Shown: in pieces, positions 31,481 through 39,587 of the stretch
How positions within the stretch are numbered: the first letter of the stretch is position 1
Layout: every line of letters begins with the position of its first letter
Assembly: GCA_015523445.1 (NCBI GenBank)
Contig: WAKG01000085.1
Coordinates: 1 to 62,812 of the forward strand
Length of the DNA stretch: 62,812 nucleotides
Origin: Desulfurococcales archaeon
GTDB taxonomy: Archaea > Thermoproteota > Thermoprotei_A > Sulfolobales > Acidilobaceae
Direction of reading: 5' to 3'
Notes under the pieces: generated by a model
What the model was told of the DNA's origin: nothing
What the model saw: only the letters and a program-made list of their open reading frames with translations
Databases searched by the model: none
Translations under genes and position numbers: made by a program

Positions 31481-32019
31481 ACTATAGTTTGCGTATAGTT
31501 GCTGTGGAGGATACGTATGGCGTCGGGTTCCACAATGAGCTGATATCGTGGCTTATAGGCTCGAGTATCTTGTGCAATAGCCGCCCTAGGATTAGAAGGA
31601 TGCCTGCTAAAAAGTGTAATCATGCTCTCTATAGAAAGCTTGTTGGCATAGCTCTGGCTAAAGCATTTAATAATTGGAAGATATTAGTTGTAATCGATTC
31701 TGAAGGCAGGGCCCCAGAGGAGGCTTCAAGGCAGGACGTATTATCCCACATTCAAAAAGGAGTTGAGGAGCACTTTCGCGTTGCCGTTGTAGAGCCCCTC
31801 CATGAAGCGTGGGTTTGTCTGGGTCTCGGAGGCCCTAGGGCCATCTGTAGATCTGGAAAGGGTGCTATCAGATTTATAGAGACTACTCTGGGAGTTAGGT
31901 ACGAGAAGAGATTACTCGAGAAGATACCGAAAATGCGGGAATTTACATTTTCAAGGCTTCTTGAGGAACGTGATTTTCAAGTATACATCCAAGGCTTGAA
32001 GTGGCTCCTGGATTGTTGA
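31477..32019 (+). CDS. TOPRIM-like partner of the ATPase (DUF4276/RloB-like)
   Basis: VAVED, VVIDSE and HEAWVCL motifs; 4-nt overlap with the ATPase stop. Confidence 0.65.
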   Translation: MNYSLRIVAVEDTYGVGFHNELISWLIGSSILCNSRPRIRRMPAKKCNHALYRKLVGIALAKAFNNWKILVVIDSEGRAPEEASRQDVLSHIQKGVEEHFRVAVVEPLHEAWVCLGLGGPRAICRSGKGAIRFIETTLGVRYEKRLLEKIPKMREFTFSRLLEERDFQVYIQGLKWLLDC

Positions 32020-32177
32020 GAATATGCTAAATCAGTAGGTATCTTAGCTAGCCTTACATTTTTAGATTTAGATCTATAGTGTCTGTAGTTTTTAAGCTTG
32101 TGTTTACCAACTGTACATTTCCTACATGTCTCACTACTATAGCCCTTAGCCTGCTAATAGTGGCTGGGGGCTTAGAG

Positions 32178-33263
32178 TTGAGGCCTAGGGAGCTGCTGGA
32201 GAGGCTAGCCGATAAGGTGCGGGAGGACAAGGTTCTGGGGGGTATGACTCCTAGGCCGCCGCCTGACGTGTTGGAGGTTTGCCGTCTTTACTCTTGGCAG
32301 AATATGGGTGATCCCGAGTCTTACACGGCCTCTAGGGAGGCGGCTAGTTACATAGTCTCTACCGCGAGCCTAGCTGTGTTTGGCATGGAATATCCGGGCT
32401 GGGTGACCAGCGGGGCGAGCGAGGGGAACCTGCTGGCTCTTTATGCGCTCCGGGAGATGGGATACAGTAAGGTCCTCTACTTCCAGTCGGCTCACTACTC
32501 TATACCGAAATCTGCTAGGATACTCGGCATGAGGGCTGAGCCGCTACCCGTGGCAGGGGGCTACGAGCCGCTCCTAGGCGAGCTCAAGTCCAGGCTTAGG
32601 GAGGGTGACATAGTTGTGGCCACTGTGGGCACCACTGAGACCGGGTATATTGACCCGGTGCTTGAGGTGGCGGAGACTGCGGAGGCCCGGGGGGCTGTGG
32701 TCCATGTTGACGCGGCCTTCGCAGGCCCCATAATGCGATACCTAGGCGATGGTAAGGTGCCTAGGAGGCTGAGAGGGGCGGTTGCAAGTATTGTTATGGA
32801 TATGCATAAGATCCCGGAGGCCCCCGCAGGGGTCGGCCTACTGCTGGCTAGAGACAGGGAGTTTATAGAGTTCCTATACCATAGTGCGCCCTACATACCC
32901 TCGGGCCGCCAATTCGGGGTTCTCGGGACCAGGAATGGGGGTCCCGTGGTGGCTGCTGCCTACGCCCTCTCTAAGATGGTTGAGTATGGTGTTGAGAGGC
33001 TGGCCTCAGAGCTGATGAGGGCCTCCGAGACGCTGGTATCAGTGCTGGAGCCCCACGGTTATGGAGTGCTTCACGGGGTGGAGACACCTATACTATGCCT
33101 TATACACCCCAGCCACAACAGTGTCTTCATGAGGCTAGGTGAGATGGGCTATAGAGCCTACAGGTGCCTCGGCGGTAGGGGGGTTAGGATGGCTGTTATG
33201 CCACACCTACTACCTGAGCTCGGCGAGGTGGCTAGGATCCTTGCCAGGGCAGCAGGGGGATGA
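32178..33263 (+). CDS. mfnA: Group II PLP-dependent decarboxylase (MfnA-like tyrosine/aspartate decarboxylase)
   Basis: TSGASEGN, AHYS, GTTETG, HVDAAF, PLP lysine in DMHK; start probably TTG 32178, where host-like composition resumes. Confidence 0.8.
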   Translation: MRPRELLERLADKVREDKVLGGMTPRPPPDVLEVCRLYSWQNMGDPESYTASREAASYIVSTASLAVFGMEYPGWVTSGASEGNLLALYALREMGYSKVLYFQSAHYSIPKSARILGMRAEPLPVAGGYEPLLGELKSRLREGDIVVATVGTTETGYIDPVLEVAETAEARGAVVHVDAAFAGPIMRYLGDGKVPRRLRGAVASIVMDMHKIPEAPAGVGLLLARDREFIEFLYHSAPYIPSGRQFGVLGTRNGGPVVAAAYALSKMVEYGVERLASELMRASETLVSVLEPHGYGVLHGVETPILCLIHPSHNSVFMRLGEMGYRAYRCLGGRGVRMAVMPHLLPELGEVARILARAAGG

Positions 33264-33266
33264 GGT

Positions 33267-34028
33267 ATGGAGGGTTTGGACGAGTTCAAGAAGGCTATAG
33301 CTAAGTATGGCCACTTCTTCAAGCATGCTAGGGTTGATAAAGCCCAGGCCATAAGCGTGGAGGAGATCCAGCAGACCATCGCCTCCAGGGCCCGGGTAGA
33401 ACTGGATACAGGTAGAAGCCTCGAGGAGAACGTGGAATATCTTAACTCCAAGGGGCTCCTAGCCCAGTGGGCGGCTGAGATCGGTGGTAGAATAGGGGAT
33501 AAGGTGGATAACCCGGGTAAGGCCCTGGAGGCTGCGCTGGAGGGGAGGCTGGAGGAACAGGGGGCAAGGGCAATGCTACTGGCGATACAAGCAGTGGCCA
33601 GGTCCTATGCCGACAAGCTCCTAGAGAGGGGTGTAGGCTACGAGCCCTCTGCCAGATGCCCCGTGTGCGGCCTTGAGAGCAGGACCATGGTTAGGAGGGG
33701 TAGGTGGTTTAACATGATATGCCACTTCTGCGGGTACGAGTGGAGGGTGTCCAACAGGATGGTGTGCCCCTACTGTGGGGAATCCAACCCCGTGGCAGTG
33801 GGAGTCTATGGGGATAAGGCGAGGAGGGTTATGCTGGCCAAGTGCCACACCTGCAACTCTACCTGGAGGGTTGTTATGGACGAGACGATCAGAGCCCCCA
33901 GGATACTACTCCCCCTGATCGCCCTCAAGGCCGAGCAGTTCCAGGTCTTCGCCAACCTCGGCAGCGGTAGAGGAGACGCAGGCCTGGAATGGAGCCAGAT
34001 ACATGCCGAGGGTGGCTATGAAGAGTAG
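33267..34028 (+). CDS. fdhE: FdhE-like formate dehydrogenase accessory protein
   Basis: CPVCG, CHFC..EW, CPYCG, CHTC. Confidence 0.8.
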   Translation: MEGLDEFKKAIAKYGHFFKHARVDKAQAISVEEIQQTIASRARVELDTGRSLEENVEYLNSKGLLAQWAAEIGGRIGDKVDNPGKALEAALEGRLEEQGARAMLLAIQAVARSYADKLLERGVGYEPSARCPVCGLESRTMVRRGRWFNMICHFCGYEWRVSNRMVCPYCGESNPVAVGVYGDKARRVMLAKCHTCNSTWRVVMDETIRAPRILLPLIALKAEQFQVFANLGSGRGDAGLEWSQIHAEGGYEE

Positions 34029-34415
34029 CGGCCTATAGGCCTGGGAGCACCGCGTCTCTTCTAGGACCTTACCAGTCGTGTACTCCAGGGAGTCCTTGAG
34101 CACCTTGGCAATAAGCAGTACACCGGCTAGGGTGAAGAATAGCCCGGTTAAGGCGCTTGACACGAAAAGGTTCCTCAGAGTCCTAACCCTACCGGTCCTG
34201 GTAAGGTCCTCAAACCTCTTTACATGTAGCAGCGTATAGATCTCGAACATGCCCCCTACAAGGGCCATGCCCACAGAGGTAGATGTCAGTATAGACTGGA
34301 ACGGAGGACTGGGAAGTATTGACCCGAGGACGGCAACCCATATTGATGAGGCCATGAGTACTGGGCCAGCTATACTAGCCCTCTCCAGACCATATTCATC
34401 CACCCGCTCCACCAC
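33906..34415 (-). CDS. Hypothetical membrane protein
   Basis: Three hydrophobic segments; overlaps the upstream MBL gene; 3' end overlaps fdhE on the opposite strand. Confidence 0.55.
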   Translation of the reverse strand: MVERVDEYGLERASIAGPVLMASSIWVAVLGSILPSPPFQSILTSTSVGMALVGGMFEIYTLLHVKRFEDLTRTGRVRTLRNLFVSSALTGLFFTLAGVLLIAKVLKDSLEYTTGKVLEETRCSQAYRPLLFIATLGMYLAPFQACVSSTAAEVGEDLELLGLEGDQGE

Positions 34416-35397
34416 CCACCACCGGCCTGGCGAAGGACCTTATACCTAGAACCCTCTCCAGGTATCTAGCTGTAAACCACGCGTCTTTCCCCCTATAAGC
34501 ATCCACTACAACCATTCTAGGCGAGGCCTCCCTCACGTACTCCACGATCTCCCTAAACGTGGCGTGGTCGCTGAAGGAGACATTATACACGTTATCCGCA
34601 ACCCTAGCGGCCGGGGCCCTCAGCTCCCACCCCGTCAACACTATATGGGTCCCTGGGAGCCTCCTCTTACCCCTAGACCTTGAGGCGTGCATGAAGAGGA
34701 CCACCGACTCCCCATGCTCCCTCCCAGTGTAAACCCTCACATCATCCAGCTGGTACCCGTAGAACTCCGCCGCGACCCTGGCGAGCTTCACGGTCTTCTC
34801 ATCAGCGATGAAGGGATAGGTTACACCCCGCCTCCTAAGCTCTACCATTACCTCCTGAAGCTTCCCATTGTACCCATAGACCCACACAGGGCCCCGGGAT
34901 ATGTTATCCTCTATCAGGCTCACCAGGGCTGCCAGGGCGTCCCACTCCCCCCACCTCCTCTGTAGCCTAGGGCTCCCATAGGTAGCGTCTATAACTAGCA
35001 CGTCGAGGCCTTGCATGGGAGGGGTGCCTGGCATCTTAAAGTCACCCGTATACCCTACCACTCCACCCCTGCACTCGACGAGGACCTGGCTACTACCCGC
35101 TATATGCCTGGCAATCTTTAGCTCTAGGACCTCGTCCTCCAAAGCTATCCTCCTATCATAGGGGAGCTCCAGCCTCTTCGCCTCTGGCACTTTCTGGCCA
35201 AGGATCTCGAGGAACCTGAAGGTAGTTGGCGTGGCTATTATGAAGAGGCTCTCCCTCACGCTCCTCGAGAGGCCCATAGTGTGGTCTGAGTGGGCGTGGG
35301 TGACGACCCTATAGGGCCTAGGCCAGAACGAGTCTGCAACCACCCCCTCCCCAAGCAGCACAGCACCCCTGCCAGCAACATCAGCAGTGCATGCCAT
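34396..35397 (-). CDS. MBL-fold beta-CASP-like nuclease
   Basis: THAHSDH, HIAGS, YTGD, DATYG, SDHA. Confidence 0.9.
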   Translation of the reverse strand: MACTADVAGRGAVLLGEGVVADSFWPRPYRVVTHAHSDHTMGLSRSVRESLFIIATPTTFRFLEILGQKVPEAKRLELPYDRRIALEDEVLELKIARHIAGSSQVLVECRGGVVGYTGDFKMPGTPPMQGLDVLVIDATYGSPRLQRRWGEWDALAALVSLIEDNISRGPVWVYGYNGKLQEVMVELRRRGVTYPFIADEKTVKLARVAAEFYGYQLDDVRVYTGREHGESVVLFMHASRSRGKRRLPGTHIVLTGWELRAPAARVADNVYNVSFSDHATFREIVEYVREASPRMVVVDAYRGKDAWFTARYLERVLGIRSFARPVVGGGAGG

Positions 35398-35457
35398 AGC
35401 TACTATCCGCCCCAGGTTGGCATAAGGGGCCCCCGGTAGTTATATGGGGTGAAACAC

Positions 35458-37614
35458 CTATCCCGCCAGCCTCAGCCTATCCACCATAACCAGTAGGGGT
35501 ACCCGCCTCTCTGGCGCTGCCAGGCCGGTTACAAGTGCCTCCCCCATACTAGGCTCTAGGTCGGGTAGCCTATCGACTATATCGCTAGCAGCACTCTCTA
35601 CCCCCCTCTTTATCGTTGACAGGTCGTCAGGGTTAGTTGTCCTCAAGAGTATGCTGGACGCCGTCTGGCTAAGCACGCCGGGGTCCACGAAGGCTGGCCT
35701 CTGGGTTACTAGCCACATACTCAACCCCCACTTCCTCCCCTCCCTGGCTACCCGTAGGAGTGATGCCTTGCTGGCCCTCTCCACCCCGGCCGGGGCTAGG
35801 TTGTGTGCCTCCTCCACGACAAGCACGGTTAGCCTCCTAGGATCGTAATCTCCCACGTGTAGATTGAACAGCCTCCTTATCAGGGTTGAGAGTAGCAGAT
35901 CCACGTTGCCAGTGCTGGGCGGGGCTAGGTGCACTATGGAGAAGCCCTCCATAAGCCTGCTCATAAGTGCATCGAATATGAGAGGATCCACCACGTCGCT
36001 GGTCATACCAGCTACCTTACGGAGCCTCCTGAGCACTCCACTCAATATGTGATCACTGTACTCGGTAGTCCTCAGATAGTATATAGCATCAGACAGCCGT
36101 GCCCTCGCCTCCCCCACGCCATCTGGGCTCCCAAGGAGGCTACAGAGCGCCTGCTTCTCCCCCGCTCTGGCTGGATCGGCGTATCCAAGCCTGTAGGAGA
36201 GCCAGGCAAGGTAGCGGAGGAGGGGGAAGAAGTACTTCCTGCCGCTCTTGGCATCTCCAGCCAGTATGATGCCCAGCTCGTCTTCAGGCTTCTTATCTTG
36301 GGCGCCGCACCAAAGTATCATAGCGTCGAGGATCTTCCCAGCCCTACCTTCGGCGTCTCTCCTGGTCGATATGCCTCCGGTGAGCCTTCTGTTGAGGTGT
36401 GCATCTAGCAGAGCGTTCATGAGGGTGACCCCATAGATGTCATGGCCACTGTAGAGGTCTAGGGCTGATGCTAGGTCGGATACTATTAGGGGGAAGTACT
36501 CGCTGGTGGCCCCGCTAACCTCGATCATCTCCTCCACATCCATGAAGCCGGGCAGGGGGAGGAGTATAACCAGGCTCCTGCTATCCCTGATCAGCCTGTA
36601 AGCATCATTATACCTAGCCTTGGAGGGCTGGAGCCCCGAGCAGCCTGGGGTGGCCCTTGACATAGCCCTATCCTTGTCGAAAAAGGCCAGCACATCTACA
36701 CTCGAGCCTAGCCTTGGGGTCAGGGAGAGGCTGCAGGCCATATCAGCAAGTCCATTCCACAGGTACTCCCTCTGCACTTGAGCTCCTGCACGGGAGGCCT
36801 CGTATGGTACTATGATAGTGAGGCGCCCCGGCTGCCTGCCTCCGCCATACTTCTCTGGCATCATCACAGCGTCTAGGAGGGGCACCGTGTCCTCCCTTAG
36901 GTAGGGGTACCCGGTGTATTCCCCGGCTATGTCGAATACTATTATCCCGCCCCTAGGGTAGCCTATCCTATCCCTCCTCGAGGAGACCTCGTATACCAGC
37001 CTCTTCACGGTCTCCGTCTTACCGCTACCCGTCTGGCCCAGTATTGATAGGTGGGTTGTTAGCCTGTCTGGGTTCAGGTAGATCCTGACCTCCCTATTGT
37101 AGCTTAGCCTGCCCAGGTAGAGGCCGCTCTCAGAGTAGTCCCCTCCGAGCCGGTGGTGGAGGAGGCTCTCAAGCCTCAAAGGGTCGGGATACTGGATCCT
37201 GCTGAAGGGCCGGGGCGGCCTGTCATAGGGTTCCAGCCTCTCCCCATCGCCAGCCCTTACGACGTGGCCTAGGACGTTCAGCTCGACCTTCATTATACTG
37301 CTCCACCTGACTAGCTCCTGGCCGGGGCTCATTATCTCCTCCAGCACCCTGACAGCATCCTCCAGCCTGGTGGCTCCTATGGACTCGTAGATCCTTCTGA
37401 GCCTCTCAACGTCTAGGGCCGGGTGGGGAGTCTCCTCCTTCACATCTGTGATCATGGCTAGGTACCTGTCCCCCGAGGTCCTATCGCTGACCTCGACGAG
37501 CGTGCCGTACCTTACCACAGCCTCGGCCGGCCTCAGGAGTATGCCCTGCACGCGGCCATAAGCCTCTATACTAGTCGTGAAGCCAGTAAGCCTATCCTCA
37601 GCCACGATACCCAC
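35458..37614 (-). CDS. HerA/FtsK-family ATPase (DUF87) with large helical insertion
   Basis: N-terminal HAS barrel, THLSILGQTGSGKT, FDIAGEY, VEEAHNL, REGRKWG, TQRP. Confidence 0.93.
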   Translation of the reverse strand: MGIVAEDRLTGFTTSIEAYGRVQGILLRPAEAVVRYGTLVEVSDRTSGDRYLAMITDVKEETPHPALDVERLRRIYESIGATRLEDAVRVLEEIMSPGQELVRWSSIMKVELNVLGHVVRAGDGERLEPYDRPPRPFSRIQYPDPLRLESLLHHRLGGDYSESGLYLGRLSYNREVRIYLNPDRLTTHLSILGQTGSGKTETVKRLVYEVSSRRDRIGYPRGGIIVFDIAGEYTGYPYLREDTVPLLDAVMMPEKYGGGRQPGRLTIIVPYEASRAGAQVQREYLWNGLADMACSLSLTPRLGSSVDVLAFFDKDRAMSRATPGCSGLQPSKARYNDAYRLIRDSRSLVILLPLPGFMDVEEMIEVSGATSEYFPLIVSDLASALDLYSGHDIYGVTLMNALLDAHLNRRLTGGISTRRDAEGRAGKILDAMILWCGAQDKKPEDELGIILAGDAKSGRKYFFPLLRYLAWLSYRLGYADPARAGEKQALCSLLGSPDGVGEARARLSDAIYYLRTTEYSDHILSGVLRRLRKVAGMTSDVVDPLIFDALMSRLMEGFSIVHLAPPSTGNVDLLLSTLIRRLFNLHVGDYDPRRLTVLVVEEAHNLAPAGVERASKASLLRVAREGRKWGLSMWLVTQRPAFVDPGVLSQTASSILLRTTNPDDLSTIKRGVESAASDIVDRLPDLEPSMGEALVTGLAAPERRVPLLVMVDRLRLAG

Positions 37615-37618
37615 ACCC

Positions 37619-39169
37619 CTACGACATATACCTTCTCCGGGTGGCGAAGTCTCTTATGAAAGTGGAGTAGGGCACTATCCTCCTCCCCAGGCTCTCTAGG
37701 AGGCTGGCCAGGGCCGCGGCCTCCCACTCGTTAACCCTACTCCTCTGGTCAACAACTATAAGGGGGGAGGGTACGCCGAAGTGTGTGGCCTGGCTCTGCG
37801 TGTATATATGCCTGGCAAGGTCTACACTGTCCCCACCGGGGATATACTCGAGCCTTATGGGGTGCCTGACCTGCACCAGCTCGGCCAGCTCCCTCGGCGT
37901 CATGCCCATCCTCTCGGCATGCCTTGCCAGGGTCTGGCATGAGGGTATGCGGTCTGTGAAGATGTATGTGAACATGACCTCCGGCAGGCCGGAGAGGCTC
38001 CTCTCAGCCGGGATTCCAGTGGCGTCCTCCAGCCTGTTCGACCCGTAGCTAGCCACTGCGGGAGGCTCGACCAGGGTCTTCTTGCTGAGTGGAGGGGTCC
38101 CAGCCAGCTCCTCCGGGCCGAATAGGTACCTGTACAGCATCATGACGTCAACATCACTCTTAACACCAAGCCTCTCAAGAGCCTGGCCACGGTATATTGC
38201 TAGGACGAGATCGCCCCTACCCTGCTTGGAGGCCTCCTCCTCCAACACCTCCCAGGGCGGCCTAGAGGAGGAGAAGAGGCTGGCCAGCATGGATTCTAGG
38301 AGCGCAGCCATATCATGGGCAGTCCTGCCAGGCTCCTCCACGAGGTCCTCGGCACACCCAGCTCTGGATATAGCCCTCTTTATAAGGGCATCAGCGTGGA
38401 GCCCCCGCGGGTACGACTCCATAACTCCGAGTAGCGTGTAGGTTGAGAGCTGCCTACTCCTACTAAGATCCTCAGAGACAGCTGCAATAGTGGCCCCGTC
38501 AACTCTGCCTAGCCTGGAGAGGAGGGCCACCGCCGCCAGCCCGGGGTTGCACGCCTCGCCATGACCACCCCTCCTAACTATAGACTCGTCCCTAACACTA
38601 TACACGACCTCCAGGGGAAGGCCAGAGTATCTGAGCACAGCCTCCACACTCCTACACGGCATGTCGAAGACCCTATTGAAGTACGTGCCAAACTGCTGTA
38701 ACAGGGCCCCATGCCTCACGACAAGCCTACGCCCCCCAGGCGAGCCAGGAGGCTGCTCGCCCAGAGCTATTGAGAGCATTATACCCAGCTCGGCTAGGTA
38801 GAGGCTGGCCTGCCTCTGCCTCTCGCCCCCCACAACGGGTAGGAAGGAGTAGCCCCCACTACCGATCAAGGGGTAGAGGATGCGCTCTCTAACCCTATCC
38901 CCTGCCCAACACCTCTCCAGCACTGCAGCCTTGAGCACGAAGCCCTCAACACCGCCACGAGTCCCCCTATACCCCCTGGCTCCCACATCTATGAAGTACT
39001 CGCACTCCCACCTAACCCCGAGAAGAGGCTCTACTTGGCCAAGACCGCTCCAGCCACCCCGGATCAGGCTAGCCCCGCCAAACTCCTCCACACCCCTAGC
39101 GGCTAGTGCCAGGGCAAGCCCTCCCCACTCCGGCGAAGCATCGCCAAGCTCTGTATACGCCAATTCCAT
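37619..39169 (-). CDS. Divergent NurA-like (RNase H fold) nuclease
   Basis: YFIDVG, LAELG, VVRHGAL, PIRLEY and GVPSPLIVVD in NurA order; 4 nt upstream of HerA; start probably ATG 39169. Confidence 0.7.
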   Translation of the reverse strand: MELAYTELGDASPEWGGLALALAARGVEEFGGASLIRGGWSGLGQVEPLLGVRWECEYFIDVGARGYRGTRGGVEGFVLKAAVLERCWAGDRVRERILYPLIGSGGYSFLPVVGGERQRQASLYLAELGIMLSIALGEQPPGSPGGRRLVVRHGALLQQFGTYFNRVFDMPCRSVEAVLRYSGLPLEVVYSVRDESIVRRGGHGEACNPGLAAVALLSRLGRVDGATIAAVSEDLSRSRQLSTYTLLGVMESYPRGLHADALIKRAISRAGCAEDLVEEPGRTAHDMAALLESMLASLFSSSRPPWEVLEEEASKQGRGDLVLAIYRGQALERLGVKSDVDVMMLYRYLFGPEELAGTPPLSKKTLVEPPAVASYGSNRLEDATGIPAERSLSGLPEVMFTYIFTDRIPSCQTLARHAERMGMTPRELAELVQVRHPIRLEYIPGGDSVDLARHIYTQSQATHFGVPSPLIVVDQRSRVNEWEAAALASLLESLGRRIVPYSTFIRDFATRRRYMS

Positions 39170-39411
39170 AAACCCCCAATAAGGTGAGTATGGATGATTA
39201 AGGATAATTAGGAAATCCAACACTAGCCTGAGGCTACTATACCATTACATCAAAACAAAGGTAATACCGGCAAGCCTATGCAACATAGACCTAGAGCATC
39301 TTTAACAAGTCTACGGAAAGAAGTATCAAAGCCCATAAACTAAGCTTCTACCTAATAATGCAAGGGTAGATAGATGAATAGGAGATTAGTAATGATTTAG
39401 CGGGTTTTTGG

Positions 39412-39528
39412 CCTGAAGTTACCCATAGATCACTTGAACTATACTTTCATCTGGCCTCCTTCTGTATCTTAAAGATGGTTACTTCAGCTGTAATTTCAGG
39501 TATCCGTTTAAGGGAAAGTTTTTAAGGG
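39412..39528. promoter_or_regulatory. Three copies of CTGAARTWAC next to BRE/TATA in a divergent promoter region
   Basis: CCTGAAGTTACC at 39412 (+); GTTACTTCAG at 39478 and GTAATTTCAG at 39490 (reverse orientation); GAAAGTTTTTAA at 39514. Confidence 0.45.
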
Positions 39529-39587
39529 CTCAACGTAAATACATTCGAATGGCGAGCACGCTCTGGTGTGATCGGGGTGAAAATAGC

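Noticed and set aside
29707..32074. Terminal inverted repeats around the ATPase island (ATCTAATCCTAA vs ATCTAAATCTAA)
   Set aside because: Short, imperfect and low complexity; no transposase, integrase or target-site duplication.
35458..37614. CedB/VirB4 DNA-transfer ATPase
   Set aside because: No TM segments and no adjacent CedA-like multi-pass protein; HAS barrel and NurA-like partner instead.
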